From contig DATGRI010000041.1 of NCBI GenBank assembly GCA_035303785.1, forward strand, positions 650 to 64,649: a stretch of 64,000 nucleotides of DNA, in the 5' to 3' direction. Positions 27,512 to 36,744 of the stretch are shown piece by piece (the stretch's first letter is position 1; the number at the start of each line of letters is the position of its first letter). The stretch comes from Sphingobacteriaceae bacterium (GTDB taxonomy: Bacteria > Bacillota > Sulfobacillia > Thermaerobacterales > RSA17). The position numbers were made by a program, and so were the translations under genes. The notes below the pieces were generated by a model, which worked only from the letters and a program-made list of their open reading frames with translations, did no database searches and was not told where the DNA came from.

Positions 27512-28775
27512 GGTCCAGCAAGGGCAGCAGCCTCAAGGTGAGGGCGCCCATCAAGGTGCGCCCTACCGCCGGATCGGCGGTGAGCACGGGCACCGCGGCC
27601 AGAAGGTCACCCCGGTGGACGGCCCGCAGGTTCCCCACCAACTGCCCCCGGCGAACCGGCGGGGCCACGTGGGGCGGCAGGGCCAACTCCCGCCGGATGT
27701 GGGGCCACATTTCCTTGGGCGCCGTCACGTACAGGGCCTGGGCCGCCTTCACCAGCACATCGGGGCGCAGGCCGCCGGCCACGGGCAGCCGGCCCACGAT
27801 GGACCCGGCGGCGGCCAAGGGCCGGGTGTCGAAGGTTTCAAAACCCCACCGCAGCAGTTGCTCCGCTTCCCGCCAGCGGGCAGGGCTCCGCAGGAGCACG
27901 GCGATGAGCCGCCGGCCGTTCCAGCTGGCCGAGGCCACCAAGGTCCGGCCCGCCGCCGAGGTAGTGCCCGTTTTCACCCCTTCGGCGAAGTCGTAGCTCC
28001 AAAGCAGCCGGTTGGTGTTGGCCAGGATCACCTTCCTGCCCTGGACGTCGGCCACCTGGGCCTGCCGCAGGGCCACCAGCCGCCGGAACTCGGGCAGGCC
28101 CAAGGCATACCGGGTAAGCATGGCCAGATCGTAGGCGGTGGTCAAATGGCCCACCGCAGTCAGGCCGTGGGCATTGCGGAAGGTGCTGTTGACCAGGCCC
28201 AGGCGGTAGGCCCGCTCCGTCATCAAGAGGGCGAAGTCCTTTTCCGTGCCGCTGATGTGCTCGGCCAGGGCCGCGGCAGCGTCATTGCCCGAAGAAAGCA
28301 TAAGGCCGTGGAGCAAAGCCTCGACGGTATACCGGTCGCCGGCCCGCAGGCCCATACGGGAACCGGACACCGATGCGGCCCGCCGGCTGATCTCCACCAC
28401 ATCGCCGGGCCGCCCATGCTCCAAAGCCAGGAGGGCGGTCATGATTTTAGTGGTGCTGGCGGGATGGAGGCGGCGGTGCATGTTGCGCTCATACAGGACG
28501 GTCCCCGTGTGGTAGTCCACCAAGACGGCGGCGGCAGCCCGGATGGGCGGCGCCGAGCCGGCGGCTTCGGGATACCGGGCGCCCTGGGGCGGCGGCTGGG
28601 GAGGCAGCAGGGGACGCCCCACCGGCGGCCAGGCGGGCAGTCGACCCGGCACGGCCAGGACCGGCTCCGGGGAAGAATATGCCGCCACCCAGCAAAGGGC
28701 CATGGTCAAAGCCAGCAGCAAGGCTCCAAGACGCAGGTTGCCGACCTCCCCCGGGGGTCTTTCCCTTCCCCACAA
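27471..28775 (-). CDS. D-alanyl-D-alanine carboxypeptidase (peptidase S11, low-MW PBP)
   Basis: The SxxK (ASTTKIMT), SxN (SSGND) and KTG (VKTGTT) motifs are all present. The start is uncertain: the TTG at 28775 lacks an RBS, and a GGGGGAGG at about 28745 precedes CTG/TTG candidates. Confidence 0.85.
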   Translation of the reverse strand: MWGRERPPGEVGNLRLGALLLALTMALCWVAAYSSPEPVLAVPGRLPAWPPVGRPLLPPQPPPQGARYPEAAGSAPPIRAAAAVLVDYHTGTVLYERNMHRRLHPASTTKIMTALLALEHGRPGDVVEISRRAASVSGSRMGLRAGDRYTVEALLHGLMLSSGNDAAAALAEHISGTEKDFALLMTERAYRLGLVNSTFRNAHGLTAVGHLTTAYDLAMLTRYALGLPEFRRLVALRQAQVADVQGRKVILANTNRLLWSYDFAEGVKTGTTSAAGRTLVASASWNGRRLIAVLLRSPARWREAEQLLRWGFETFDTRPLAAAGSIVGRLPVAGGLRPDVLVKAAQALYVTAPKEMWPHIRRELALPPHVAPPVRRGQLVGNLRAVHRGDLLAAVPVLTADPAVGRTLMGALTLRLLPLLDLIGPLPPAAGAVP

Positions 28776-28800
28776 GGTATGGCGGCAGCCGCCGGCTTTA

Positions 28801-29799
28801 TTAATCCTGGTTCTGCATGTGTTGGTCTGGGACGGCCTCGTCCTGGATGCGGAAAATCAAGTTGCGGGGTCCCGATGCATCGTAGGCGCCCAGGGCCTGG
28901 CCGTTGGCGGTTATTTCCACCCCGGCGGGGTTGCCGGCCCACAGGCGTATTTCCCAACTGCCCTCATAGGTGCGGGTTTCGCCGGGCTCAAAGAACCATT
29001 CATATACTTTCTCGTCGTCTACCCATACTTCCGCCCAGCTCCGGTCGGAGGCGACCATTTCAATCTCCAGATGGGGGGCATCCACAGCGTAGATGATGTC
29101 CCTGCTGCCTTCCTCCACCAGGGTCACCCGGCCCTGGAGGCCGGCCTCGTCGGCCGGATCGGGGTCCAAGGGATCCCCGGCGCCGGCATCAATGTCATCC
29201 TCCGCTCCTTCCCCGGCGGGCCCGTTATCCTCTTGGGCTTCCCGGTTGCCGGCGGCGCCGTTGTCGGTCCCCTGCTCCCTTCCGGGGTCCTGTTGCACCG
29301 TCTCGGTGTCGGGTCGGATTTCCGTCTGGCCCCGCACCGTACTGATGACGTAGGCGGTGCCCACAATCATGGCCGCCACCACCAAGATGCCTACCAAGAG
29401 GGAGCCGATGCCCCGCCCCGGAATGGGCCGGGCCGCCGCCCCGCCGCCCGATCGGGGCAAGGCCGGGGCCGAACGGCGGGACCGGCCGGCGCCCCCCAGG
29501 AGGGTGGCCTTGGCTCCCTGGGGCAGGGGCGGTGCCGGCGTTTCCCCTTCGCCGCGGCTCTTCTGCCGGAACTGGCGGTAGGCCTTGGCCAGCTCCTGGC
29601 CGTCCAGGCCGAGGTGATTGGCATAGGACCGGATAAAGCCCTGGGCATAGGCTGTGGCGGGCAGGACGGAGTCATCGCCGGCTTCGATGGCCCGCAAATA
29701 CCTGATGCGGATCTTCGTAACCTTTTGGATGTCCTCGAGGGTAAGGCCCAGTTCCTGGCGCCGGCTCTGGAGGACGGCGCCTATCTCCTTCAGGTCCAC
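28801..29799 (-). CDS. rodZ: RodZ-like cytoskeleton protein (XRE HTH, TM, DUF4115)
   Basis: The N-terminal HTH reads LQSRRQELGLTLEDIQKVTKIRIRYLRAIE. It has a single TM segment and a C-terminal DUF4115-like beta domain. The GTG start follows GCGGAGGG. Confidence 0.8.
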   Translation of the reverse strand: MDLKEIGAVLQSRRQELGLTLEDIQKVTKIRIRYLRAIEAGDDSVLPATAYAQGFIRSYANHLGLDGQELAKAYRQFRQKSRGEGETPAPPLPQGAKATLLGGAGRSRRSAPALPRSGGGAAARPIPGRGIGSLLVGILVVAAMIVGTAYVISTVRGQTEIRPDTETVQQDPGREQGTDNGAAGNREAQEDNGPAGEGAEDDIDAGAGDPLDPDPADEAGLQGRVTLVEEGSRDIIYAVDAPHLEIEMVASDRSWAEVWVDDEKVYEWFFEPGETRTYEGSWEIRLWAGNPAGVEITANGQALGAYDASGPRNLIFRIQDEAVPDQHMQNQD

Positions 29800-29982
29800 C
29801 TTAAAGGCCCTCCGCTGAACCGGAGTCTTTTCCTTCCCGGCGACAGTCGCCCGTGTACCGCAGTGAACGAAATTCTTCCTATCAACTTATCGTACTACAT
29901 TATCTACCATCTGATTTCCCGCTGCTCCCCGCCGCCGGCCGGGACGGGACGGTGGGCCGGTTTCCGTGCACCGCCTCCGGGC

Positions 29983-31239
29983 TCAACGGCCCACCAGGCC
30001 GCGGATCATCAAGCGCAGGCTGTCCCACAGGACGGTGAAGAAGCCGCCCCTGGCCACATCCTCGGCCACCTCCAAGGGGACGATCACCTGCTCACCCCCG
30101 GCGGAAATGGTCAAACGGCCGACGACCGTGCCTGCCGCCAAGGGAGCCTCCAGGAAACCGGGCAGGTCGTCCTCAACGGCCATCTGGCCTGCCTCCTGGC
30201 GGGGCACCGTCACCAGGGGCCGGCGGGCGGGCCGCACCACCACCGACTTGTCCGCTCCCTTGTATACGGACAGGGTGCGGATTCCCCCTTCACCCCACGG
30301 GGGCTGGACGGTGACGAAGTTCCGGAAGCCGTAGTTGAGCAGGGCCAGGGCATCTTCCTCCCGCTGGGCGAAGCCGCCGGCCCCCAGCACCGCCGCCACC
30401 AGGGACATGTCCCCTTCCTGGGCGGTGGCCACCAGGTGGTACCCGGCGGCGCTCAAAAAGCCCGTCTTCAGGCCCGTCACCCGATCATCCCGGAACAGGA
30501 GGCCGTTGCGGTTGGTCTGGCGGATGCCGCCGTATTCGTACTCCTTGGTGGACATGTAGACCAGGCCCTCGGGATGCTCGGTGACAAAGTGGCGGGCCAG
30601 GCGGGCCATGTCCATGGCGGTGGTTTTCTGGACCCCGTTGAGGAGGCCGTGGCTGTTGGCGAAGACGGTGGCCGTCAACCCCAGCTCCTGGGCCCGCTGG
30701 TTCATGAGGTTCACAAAGGCCGATTCGCTGCCGGCCAGATGCTCCGCCACCGCCAGGGCCGAGTCGTTGCCCGACACCACGCCGATGCCGTACAGCAAGT
30801 CCTCCAGGGAAACGGTGTCGCCCACGTTCAGGAACATGCTGGAGCCCGACAGGCGCCACGCATTTTCGCTGATGATGGCCTGGTCCTGGAGGCTTGCCCG
30901 GCCCTCGGCGATGGCCTCCAAAGCCAGCACCACCGTCATGATCTTGGCCAGGCTGGCGGGGGCCAGTTCCATGGCCGGGTTCTTGGCGTACAGCACCTTC
31001 CCCGTATGGGCATCCATCAAGACGGCTGCCGCGGCGTTGACGGGGAAGGGCTGGAGATTCTCCTGCCCCGGCTCCGGGGAATCGGCGATTTGGCCCTCCT
31101 GCGGGCCTTCCGGCCCATCCTGGGCCCAGGCCGCCGGAGGAGCCCAGGGTACAGCCACGATGGCGGCCATAAGGATGAGGGCCAGCAGCCAACTAAAGAC
31201 CTTGCCGCTGTTGCGATGGGCTGGGGTGAAACGGGACAC
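29983..31239 (-). CDS. D-alanyl-D-alanine carboxypeptidase (peptidase S11, PBP5-type with C-terminal domain)
   Basis: Motifs are SLAKIMT, SGND and LKTGF. A GTG at 31239 follows GGAAAGGAAGAG. The track TTG at 31272 has no RBS. Confidence 0.85.
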   Translation of the reverse strand: MSRFTPAHRNSGKVFSWLLALILMAAIVAVPWAPPAAWAQDGPEGPQEGQIADSPEPGQENLQPFPVNAAAAVLMDAHTGKVLYAKNPAMELAPASLAKIMTVVLALEAIAEGRASLQDQAIISENAWRLSGSSMFLNVGDTVSLEDLLYGIGVVSGNDSALAVAEHLAGSESAFVNLMNQRAQELGLTATVFANSHGLLNGVQKTTAMDMARLARHFVTEHPEGLVYMSTKEYEYGGIRQTNRNGLLFRDDRVTGLKTGFLSAAGYHLVATAQEGDMSLVAAVLGAGGFAQREEDALALLNYGFRNFVTVQPPWGEGGIRTLSVYKGADKSVVVRPARRPLVTVPRQEAGQMAVEDDLPGFLEAPLAAGTVVGRLTISAGGEQVIVPLEVAEDVARGGFFTVLWDSLRLMIRGLVGR

Positions 31240-31315
31240 GGGCTGCTCTTCCTTTCCAGAACAGGCTTGCAAAATGGGCTAATCCGCCCCGGGGGCCCCA
31301 CGCCGGGCCGGTGGG

Positions 31316-32872
31316 CTACCCTTCAGGCCGCGGCCGGTGGCGCCGGGCCAGTTCCTGGCCCACGGCGGCGGGATCGATGCCCTGGTAAGCCAGCAAAACC
31401 AGGCTGTGGAACCACAAGTCGGCCATCTCGGCCACCAATTCGTCCCGCTGCTCCGCCACGATGACTTCGATGGCCTCTTCCCCTACCTTGCGGCGCATGA
31501 GGGGGCTGCCCCCCTCGGCCAGCCGCACCACATAGGACCCTTCCGGCCGCTGGGCCAGCCGGTCCAGGATGGTCCCGTACAGGCGGGCCAGTTCCTGGGG
31601 CCAGTCGCTGCCGGGTGGGGGCCCCTCCCCCGCCGGGCCGGCCCCGGCCTGCCCCGGGGCCCCCTGCCCCGAGACAGATTGCCCCGCGGCCGCCGGCCGG
31701 CCCTCCCGGTAAAAGCAGGAGGCGGCGCCGGTATGGCACACGGGCCCGCTGCCGCTGACCACCGCCATGACGGTGTCGTCGTCGCAGTCGGGGATCAGCC
31801 GGTGCACCCGGTGCAGGTAGCCCGAGGTCTCCCCCTTCATCCACAGGCGCCGGCGGCTGCGGCTCCAAAACCAGAGGACGCCGGTGGTAAGGCACAAGGT
31901 CAAGGCTTCCCGGTCGGCCCAGCCCAGCATCAGGGGCGGGCCCCCCGGCTCTCCTCCAGGCCCGGCCGGAACCACCACCACAGGGACCAAGCCCCTGTCG
32001 TCAAAGCGCAGGCCGTTCAGCCAGGTCAAATCCACCGGCAGCGGCGGCGGCTCGTTGATGGGTATGCCCGCCGCCTGCAAATAAGCCTTGGCCGCCCGCA
32101 AGGGCAGTCGATCCTGGTGGAAGATGGACGCCGCCAGCACCGCCCCGGCCCCGGCCCCCACGGCCGCCCGCAGGTGGTCGGCGGTGCCGGCGCCCCCCGA
32201 GGCGATGATGGGCACGCCGAGGGGAGTCGTGGCTGCGGCGGCCGCCTGGATGAGGGGCAGGTCGAAGCCCTGGGCCGTGCCGTCCCGGTCGATGCTGGTC
32301 AGCAGGATCTCGCCGGCGCCCAGTTCCGCCGCCCGGCGGCACCAGGCCACGGCATCCAGGCCTGTGGGCTGTCGCCCTCCCCGGGTGTAGACTTCCCAGC
32401 CCGATTCAGTTTCGCCGGCTTGGACGGCCTTGGCGTCCACCGCCACCACCAGCCGCTCCCGCCCGAACCGCCGGGCGGCGGCGGCGATGAGGTCGGGATC
32501 GGCCACGGCGGCGCTGCTGATGATCACCTTGGCGGCTCCGGCCTCCAGCAGCCGGGCCATGTGGTCCAGTTCCCGCAGGCCCCCGCCCACGCCCAAGGGC
32601 GCCGGCAGCTGGGGAGCCAATTCCCGGACAACAGCCAAGGTGGCATCCCTGGAGGCCTCGGTGCCGGCGATGTCCAGCAGCACGATCTCGTCGGCGCCGT
32701 TCTGGGCGTGGCGCTGGGCCAGGGCCACGGGATCCCCCTGATCCCGCAGGTCCTGGAACTGGACCCCCTTCACCACCCGCCCATCTTTCATGTCCAGGCA
32801 GGCCACAATGCGGGCGGCGGGGCGCCCGTCCTTTTCAGGGCCGCCTCGGGCCGCGGCAGGGCGGTCGGTCAT
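31316..32872 (-). CDS. hisFIE: trifunctional fusion: imidazole glycerol phosphate synthase cyclase subunit HisF, phosphoribosyl-AMP cyclohydrolase HisI and phosphoribosyl-ATP pyrophosphatase HisE
   Basis: This is one uninterrupted 518-aa ORF. The HisF part reads RIVACLDMKDGRVVKGVQFQDLRDQGDP...IIASGGAG. The HisI part reads WMKGETSGYLHRVHRLIPDCDDDTVMAVV..GPVCHTGAASCFY. A Gly/Pro/Ala linker follows, then the HisE part: YVVRLAEGG...KVGEEAIEVIVA...EMADLWFHSLVLL. The start forms an ATGA overlap with the hisA stop. Confidence 0.9.
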   Translation of the reverse strand: MTDRPAAARGGPEKDGRPAARIVACLDMKDGRVVKGVQFQDLRDQGDPVALAQRHAQNGADEIVLLDIAGTEASRDATLAVVRELAPQLPAPLGVGGGLRELDHMARLLEAGAAKVIISSAAVADPDLIAAAARRFGRERLVVAVDAKAVQAGETESGWEVYTRGGRQPTGLDAVAWCRRAAELGAGEILLTSIDRDGTAQGFDLPLIQAAAAATTPLGVPIIASGGAGTADHLRAAVGAGAGAVLAASIFHQDRLPLRAAKAYLQAAGIPINEPPPLPVDLTWLNGLRFDDRGLVPVVVVPAGPGGEPGGPPLMLGWADREALTLCLTTGVLWFWSRSRRRLWMKGETSGYLHRVHRLIPDCDDDTVMAVVSGSGPVCHTGAASCFYREGRPAAAGQSVSGQGAPGQAGAGPAGEGPPPGSDWPQELARLYGTILDRLAQRPEGSYVVRLAEGGSPLMRRKVGEEAIEVIVAEQRDELVAEMADLWFHSLVLLAYQGIDPAAVGQELARRHRPRPEG

Positions 32873-33600
32873 GGGCCGTCATCTCCCCCGGCGGCCGCCG
32901 CCACCAGGTCGGGCAGCCGCACCTTTTCCTCATATAGGGCCCGGCCCACCACGATGCCCTGGAGCCACTTGCCCCCAGCCCGGCGCAGCCGGTGCACATC
33001 GTCCACCGACGTAATGCCGCCGGCCCACAGGAAGGGCACTTCCCAGGCGGCGCACCGGCGGGCCGTTTCCTCGGCGGCGCCGGCCATGGTCCCATCCCGG
33101 CTGGTATCGGTCACCAGGAGGCAGGCCACCCCGGCGTCCTGCAGGCGCCGGGCCAACTGGGCGGGGTCGTCCTCGGTGGTCTCCTGCCAGCCGTGGCTGG
33201 CGGGCCTGCCGTCTTTCAAATCCACGGCGGCCATCACCCGGCCCGGGTAGCGGGCCGCCAGAGGCGCCACGGCCTCGGGATTTTTCACTGCCAAAGTGCC
33301 GATAATGACCCACTGGACCACCTGCAGGGCTTCCTCTGCGGCCTCCAAGTCCCGCAGGCCGCCCCCGTATTGGATGGGCAGGCCTGTGGCCTGAGCGATT
33401 TCCCTTGCTGTGTCCAGGTGGACCGGACGGCCGGCAAAGGCCCCGTCCAAGTCCACCACGTGGAGCCGGCGGGCCCCTTCCGCCTGCCAGCGCCGGGCGG
33501 CCGCTACGGGATCACCGTACTGGAACGTTTGATCGGGATCCCCTTGCAGCAAGCGGACGGCCCCCCCTTGCCGCAGGTCGATGGCGGGAATGACCTCCAT
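32869..33600 (-). CDS. hisA: ProFAR isomerase HisA
   Basis: Begins MEVIPAIDLRQGGAVRLLQGD and continues with HVVDLDGA and GGGLR. The RBS is GGAAGGAG. Confidence 0.93.
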   Translation of the reverse strand: MEVIPAIDLRQGGAVRLLQGDPDQTFQYGDPVAAARRWQAEGARRLHVVDLDGAFAGRPVHLDTAREIAQATGLPIQYGGGLRDLEAAEEALQVVQWVIIGTLAVKNPEAVAPLAARYPGRVMAAVDLKDGRPASHGWQETTEDDPAQLARRLQDAGVACLLVTDTSRDGTMAGAAEETARRCAAWEVPFLWAGGITSVDDVHRLRRAGGKWLQGIVVGRALYEEKVRLPDLVAAAAGGDDGP

Positions 33601-33642
33601 GCCCCTGACCAGCTCCTTCCCTGCTGCAAATTAGATGGCGTT

Positions 33643-34269
33643 TCAGTCCCACAGGGTTCCCTTGGTGGAAGGAATGGCGCTTCCTTTAACTGCCGTCGCC
33701 TGCCCCAGGGCCAGGCCCAAGGCCTTGTAGGCGGCCTCCAGAATGTGGTGGGCGTCGCGGCCTGCCAGCACGTGGATGTGCAGGGTCAGGCCGCCGCCCC
33801 GGGCCAGGCCCCACAGCCACTCGGGCAACATGTCGGTATGGAAGCCGCCGGGCGCCCGGTCGGGCAGGGGTTGGCCGTGGACCTCGGCGTAGGGGCGGCC
33901 GGAGATGTCCACCGCCGCCAGCACCAGGGCGTCATCCATGGGCGCCGCCGCCGAACCGTACCGGGCCATGCCCCGGCCCACGCCCAGGGCGTCCTTCAAG
34001 GCCCGGCCCAAGGTGATGCCTACATCTTCCACCGTGTGGTGGATGTCCACCTCGATGTCGCCCTTGGCCTTCACCTGCAGGTCCCAGCGGGCGGTGGAGG
34101 CCAGGGCCGTCAGCATGTGATCCAAAAAGGGCACGCCGGTGTCCACCTGGGCCTCGGGCATGCGGTCGCCGGGGGTGTCCAGCACCACCGTCACTTCCAC
34201 CTGAGTCTCCTTGGTCGCGCGGGATGCACTGCCCTTGCGGGGCTCCCCGCTGCCTCGTGAAGCGTTCAT
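33643..34269 (-). CDS. hisB: imidazoleglycerol-phosphate dehydratase HisB
   Basis: Contains TKETQVEVTVVLD, GVPFLDHML and HHTVEDVGITLG. The ATG at 34269 lies 4 nt after the hisC stop, with RBS GGGGGAGGGA. The track start at 34407 was trimmed. Confidence 0.93.
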   Translation of the reverse strand: MNASRGSGEPRKGSASRATKETQVEVTVVLDTPGDRMPEAQVDTGVPFLDHMLTALASTARWDLQVKAKGDIEVDIHHTVEDVGITLGRALKDALGVGRGMARYGSAAAPMDDALVLAAVDISGRPYAEVHGQPLPDRAPGGFHTDMLPEWLWGLARGGGLTLHIHVLAGRDAHHILEAAYKALGLALGQATAVKGSAIPSTKGTLWD

Positions 34270-34273
34270 ATAG

Positions 34274-35308
34274 TCACATTCCCTCCCCCAAGGCTGCCGG
34301 CGCCGCCTCCTGCAGGGCGGCGACGCAGGCCTCCATCTCCTCGGCCGTGCCGATGGATACCCGCAAGCAGTCGCTGATGATGGGATCGTCGGCATAAGTG
34401 CGCACAAAAATCTCCTGCCGGGCCAGGGCGCCGGCCAGAGCCGCGGCGGCCGCCGGGCCTCCCCGGACCTGGAACAAGATGAAGTTGGCCTGGCTGGGAA
34501 AAGGCCGGATGCCGTCTATCGCCTCCAGTTGCCGGAAGACTTCCTCCCGGCGCCGGGCTATTTCCTGGGCCTCCGCCTCCAGCCGGGGCAGGTGGCGGAG
34601 CACCACCCGGGCGGCCGTCAGGGCGGCGTTTGCAACAGCAAACGGCGGTGATGCCTCCAGGGCCAGTTGGCGCCACGGCTCGGGAATGACGCCGTAACCG
34701 CACCGCAGCCCCGCCAGGCCCAATGCCTTGGAGAAAGTCCGGAGCAAAGCCACGTCGCTGCGCCCCACCATCCACTGGGTTATGGGATCGCCGCCGTATT
34801 CGATGTAGGCCTCGTCCACCATGATCAAGGATCCCGCCGGCAGGGCGGCGGCCAGTTCCTCCACCTGCTCCACCGCAGGCACGTCGCCCACCGGGTTGTG
34901 GGGCCGGCACAAGAAGACCAGGGACGGCCGGTCGGCGGCGGCCAGCAGGTCCGCCACGGGGAGGGACCCTTCCTCCAGGTTGATGGGCACCTTCCGGATG
35001 GGGAGCCGGGCCTTTTCAGCCGCCCAGTCGTAGACGCTGAAGTTGGGCGTGGGAATCAAGGCCTGCTCCACCCGGCGGGCGGCGCCGGTGGTGATGATCT
35101 CGATGGCGCCGTCGCCCCCGTTGGTGATGGCGATGTCTTCCTTGGGAAAGCCGTAGATGCGGGCCAGGTCTTCCCGCAGGGCGTCGGTGACGGCTTCGTC
35201 GTACCGGTGCAGCTCCAGCCCGGCCCAGGCGGCGCGGATCTCCGCCATGATGTCTTCCGGGAGGGGCGCGTGGCGCTCATTTTGGTTCAGCAGCATGGCT
35301 TTCTTCAT
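34274..35308 (-). CDS. hisC: histidinol-phosphate aminotransferase HisC
   Basis: It has class-II aminotransferase features (LNQNE, RTFSKALGLAGLRCGY). The start forms an ATGA overlap with the hisD stop. Confidence 0.9.
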   Translation of the reverse strand: MKKAMLLNQNERHAPLPEDIMAEIRAAWAGLELHRYDEAVTDALREDLARIYGFPKEDIAITNGGDGAIEIITTGAARRVEQALIPTPNFSVYDWAAEKARLPIRKVPINLEEGSLPVADLLAAADRPSLVFLCRPHNPVGDVPAVEQVEELAAALPAGSLIMVDEAYIEYGGDPITQWMVGRSDVALLRTFSKALGLAGLRCGYGVIPEPWRQLALEASPPFAVANAALTAARVVLRHLPRLEAEAQEIARRREEVFRQLEAIDGIRPFPSQANFILFQVRGGPAAAAALAGALARQEIFVRTYADDPIISDCLRVSIGTAEEMEACVAALQEAAPAALGEGM

Positions 35309-36744
35309 CCTTCCCCGCCTCCCCGGCCCTTTCCCGTGGCCTCCCCGGCGTCACGGCCGGGGCCGGTCCCGCTGTCACCCTCAGGGACCAGGGCCGAGAG
35401 GCGGGCCGTCAAGGAATCGGCGTGGGCCCGGAGGCCTTCCCGCCGGGCCAGGTGGGCGGCGGCCTCCCCGGCCGCGGCCAGGGCCGTGGCACTGCCGGCG
35501 AACACGCTGCCGGCCCGCAGGAAGGTGGCCACCGTCAGCCCGGCGGCGTACCTGGCGGTGCCCCCCGTGGGCAGGATGTGGTTGGGGCCGGCGGCGTAGT
35601 CGCCGAAAGCCACCGGCGCCCAGGGACCCAGGTACACGGCGCCGGCATGCTGCACCAGGGGCAGCAGATCCCAAGGCTTGTCCACATAGAGATGGAGATG
35701 CTCAGGCCCCATAGCGTTGGCCAGATCCACCCCTTGGGCCAGGTCGCCGTTGACGACGGCGGCGCCCCGGGCCAGGGACTGGGCCAGCACCCCGGCATCG
35801 GGGCTGCCCTCCTCCTCCAGCCGGGCCAGCTTTTTGCGCAATTGGTCGCGCACCGCCGTGACCAGCCGGCTGCTGGTGGTCAGCAAGACCACCACCGAGT
35901 CGGGGCCGTGCTCCCCTTGGGCCGCCAGGTCGGCGGCCACCCAGGCGGGGTCGGCGGTGTCGTCGGCGACCACGGCGATCTCGCTGGGCCCCATGAGCCC
36001 GTCGATGCCCACCTGTCCGTAAACCAAGGCCTTGGCGGCGGTGACGTAGGCGTTGCCGGGGCCCACCACCAGGTCGCAACGGGGCACGCTGGCGGTACCG
36101 TAGGCCAGGGCGGCGATGGCCTGGGCGCCCCCCACCTTGACCACCAGCCGGGCTCCCACCAGGTGGGCCGCCCCCAGGATCAAGGGGTCCACGGTGCCGT
36201 CGGGCCTGGGCGGCGTGGCCAGCACTACCTCGGGTACCCCCGCCACCCGGGCCGGAATGCCGGCCATGATCACGGTGGACGGGTAGGGATGCCGCCCGCC
36301 GGGCACATAAATGCCCGCCCGGGCCACAGGCCGCATCATCTGGCCCCACCAGCCCCCGTCGGGGGCGGGCTCCATCCAGCTGCGGGGCCGGGAGCGGCGG
36401 TGATACTCTTCGATGCGGGCCGCCGCCGTCTGGAGGGCCGCCTTGTCGGCGGCGGGCAGGAGGTCCCAGGCGGCCGCCGTTTCTTCTTTTGTAATGAACA
36501 GCCGGTCCAGGCGGACGCCGTCAAACTTCTCCGTCAGTTCCAGCAGGGCCCGGTCGCCGGCTTCCCGCACCTGCCGGATGATCCGGGCGGCCTGCTCCAC
36601 CACCGCCGGGGGCAGGCCGGCAGGCCCCGTTTCGTCGCCGGGGTCGGCCTGGGGCCCGAAGCGGCGTCGGAATTCCTCAGGGGTGCAAAGGGGCAGCAGA
36701 TCGTCCTGCTGCCAATCCGTCGCTTCTGGCTGCAGGGTGCTCAT
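35305..36744 (-). CDS. hisD: histidinol dehydrogenase HisD
   Basis: Contains GIYVPGG..YPSTVIM, VGPGNAYV, GPSE and EHL. The ATG at 36744 forms an ATGA overlap with the hisG stop. The track ORF is over-extended to 37140. Confidence 0.93.
   Translation of the reverse strand: MSTLQPEATDWQQDDLLPLCTPEEFRRRFGPQADPGDETGPAGLPPAVVEQAARIIRQVREAGDRALLELTEKFDGVRLDRLFITKEETAAAWDLLPAADKAALQTAAARIEEYHRRSRPRSWMEPAPDGGWWGQMMRPVARAGIYVPGGRHPYPSTVIMAGIPARVAGVPEVVLATPPRPDGTVDPLILGAAHLVGARLVVKVGGAQAIAALAYGTASVPRCDLVVGPGNAYVTAAKALVYGQVGIDGLMGPSEIAVVADDTADPAWVAADLAAQGEHGPDSVVVLLTTSSRLVTAVRDQLRKKLARLEEEGSPDAGVLAQSLARGAAVVNGDLAQGVDLANAMGPEHLHLYVDKPWDLLPLVQHAGAVYLGPWAPVAFGDYAAGPNHILPTGGTARYAAGLTVATFLRAGSVFAGSATALAAAGEAAAHLARREGLRAHADSLTARLSALVPEGDSGTGPGRDAGEATGKGRGGGEG

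Noticed and set aside
29800-29982. GGTGGGCCG...CGGCCCACC hairpin after the dacA-like gene, considered as a terminator.
   Set aside because: It has a 25-nt loop and no U-tract, so I cannot support an intrinsic terminator call.
28543-31464. Very long antisense ORFs. Examples are 28543-31464 (973 aa), 50948-53863 (971 aa), 21475-24279 (934 aa), 44355-46241 (628 aa), 1170-2525 (451 aa), 13450-14643, 16174-17607 and 35422-37029.
   Set aside because: Each lies exactly opposite a gene with clear family motifs. Their translations are G/A/R/P/H/Q-rich low-complexity strings with no recognisable domains. They are the expected stop-codon-poor shadow frames of a genome with about 67% GC.
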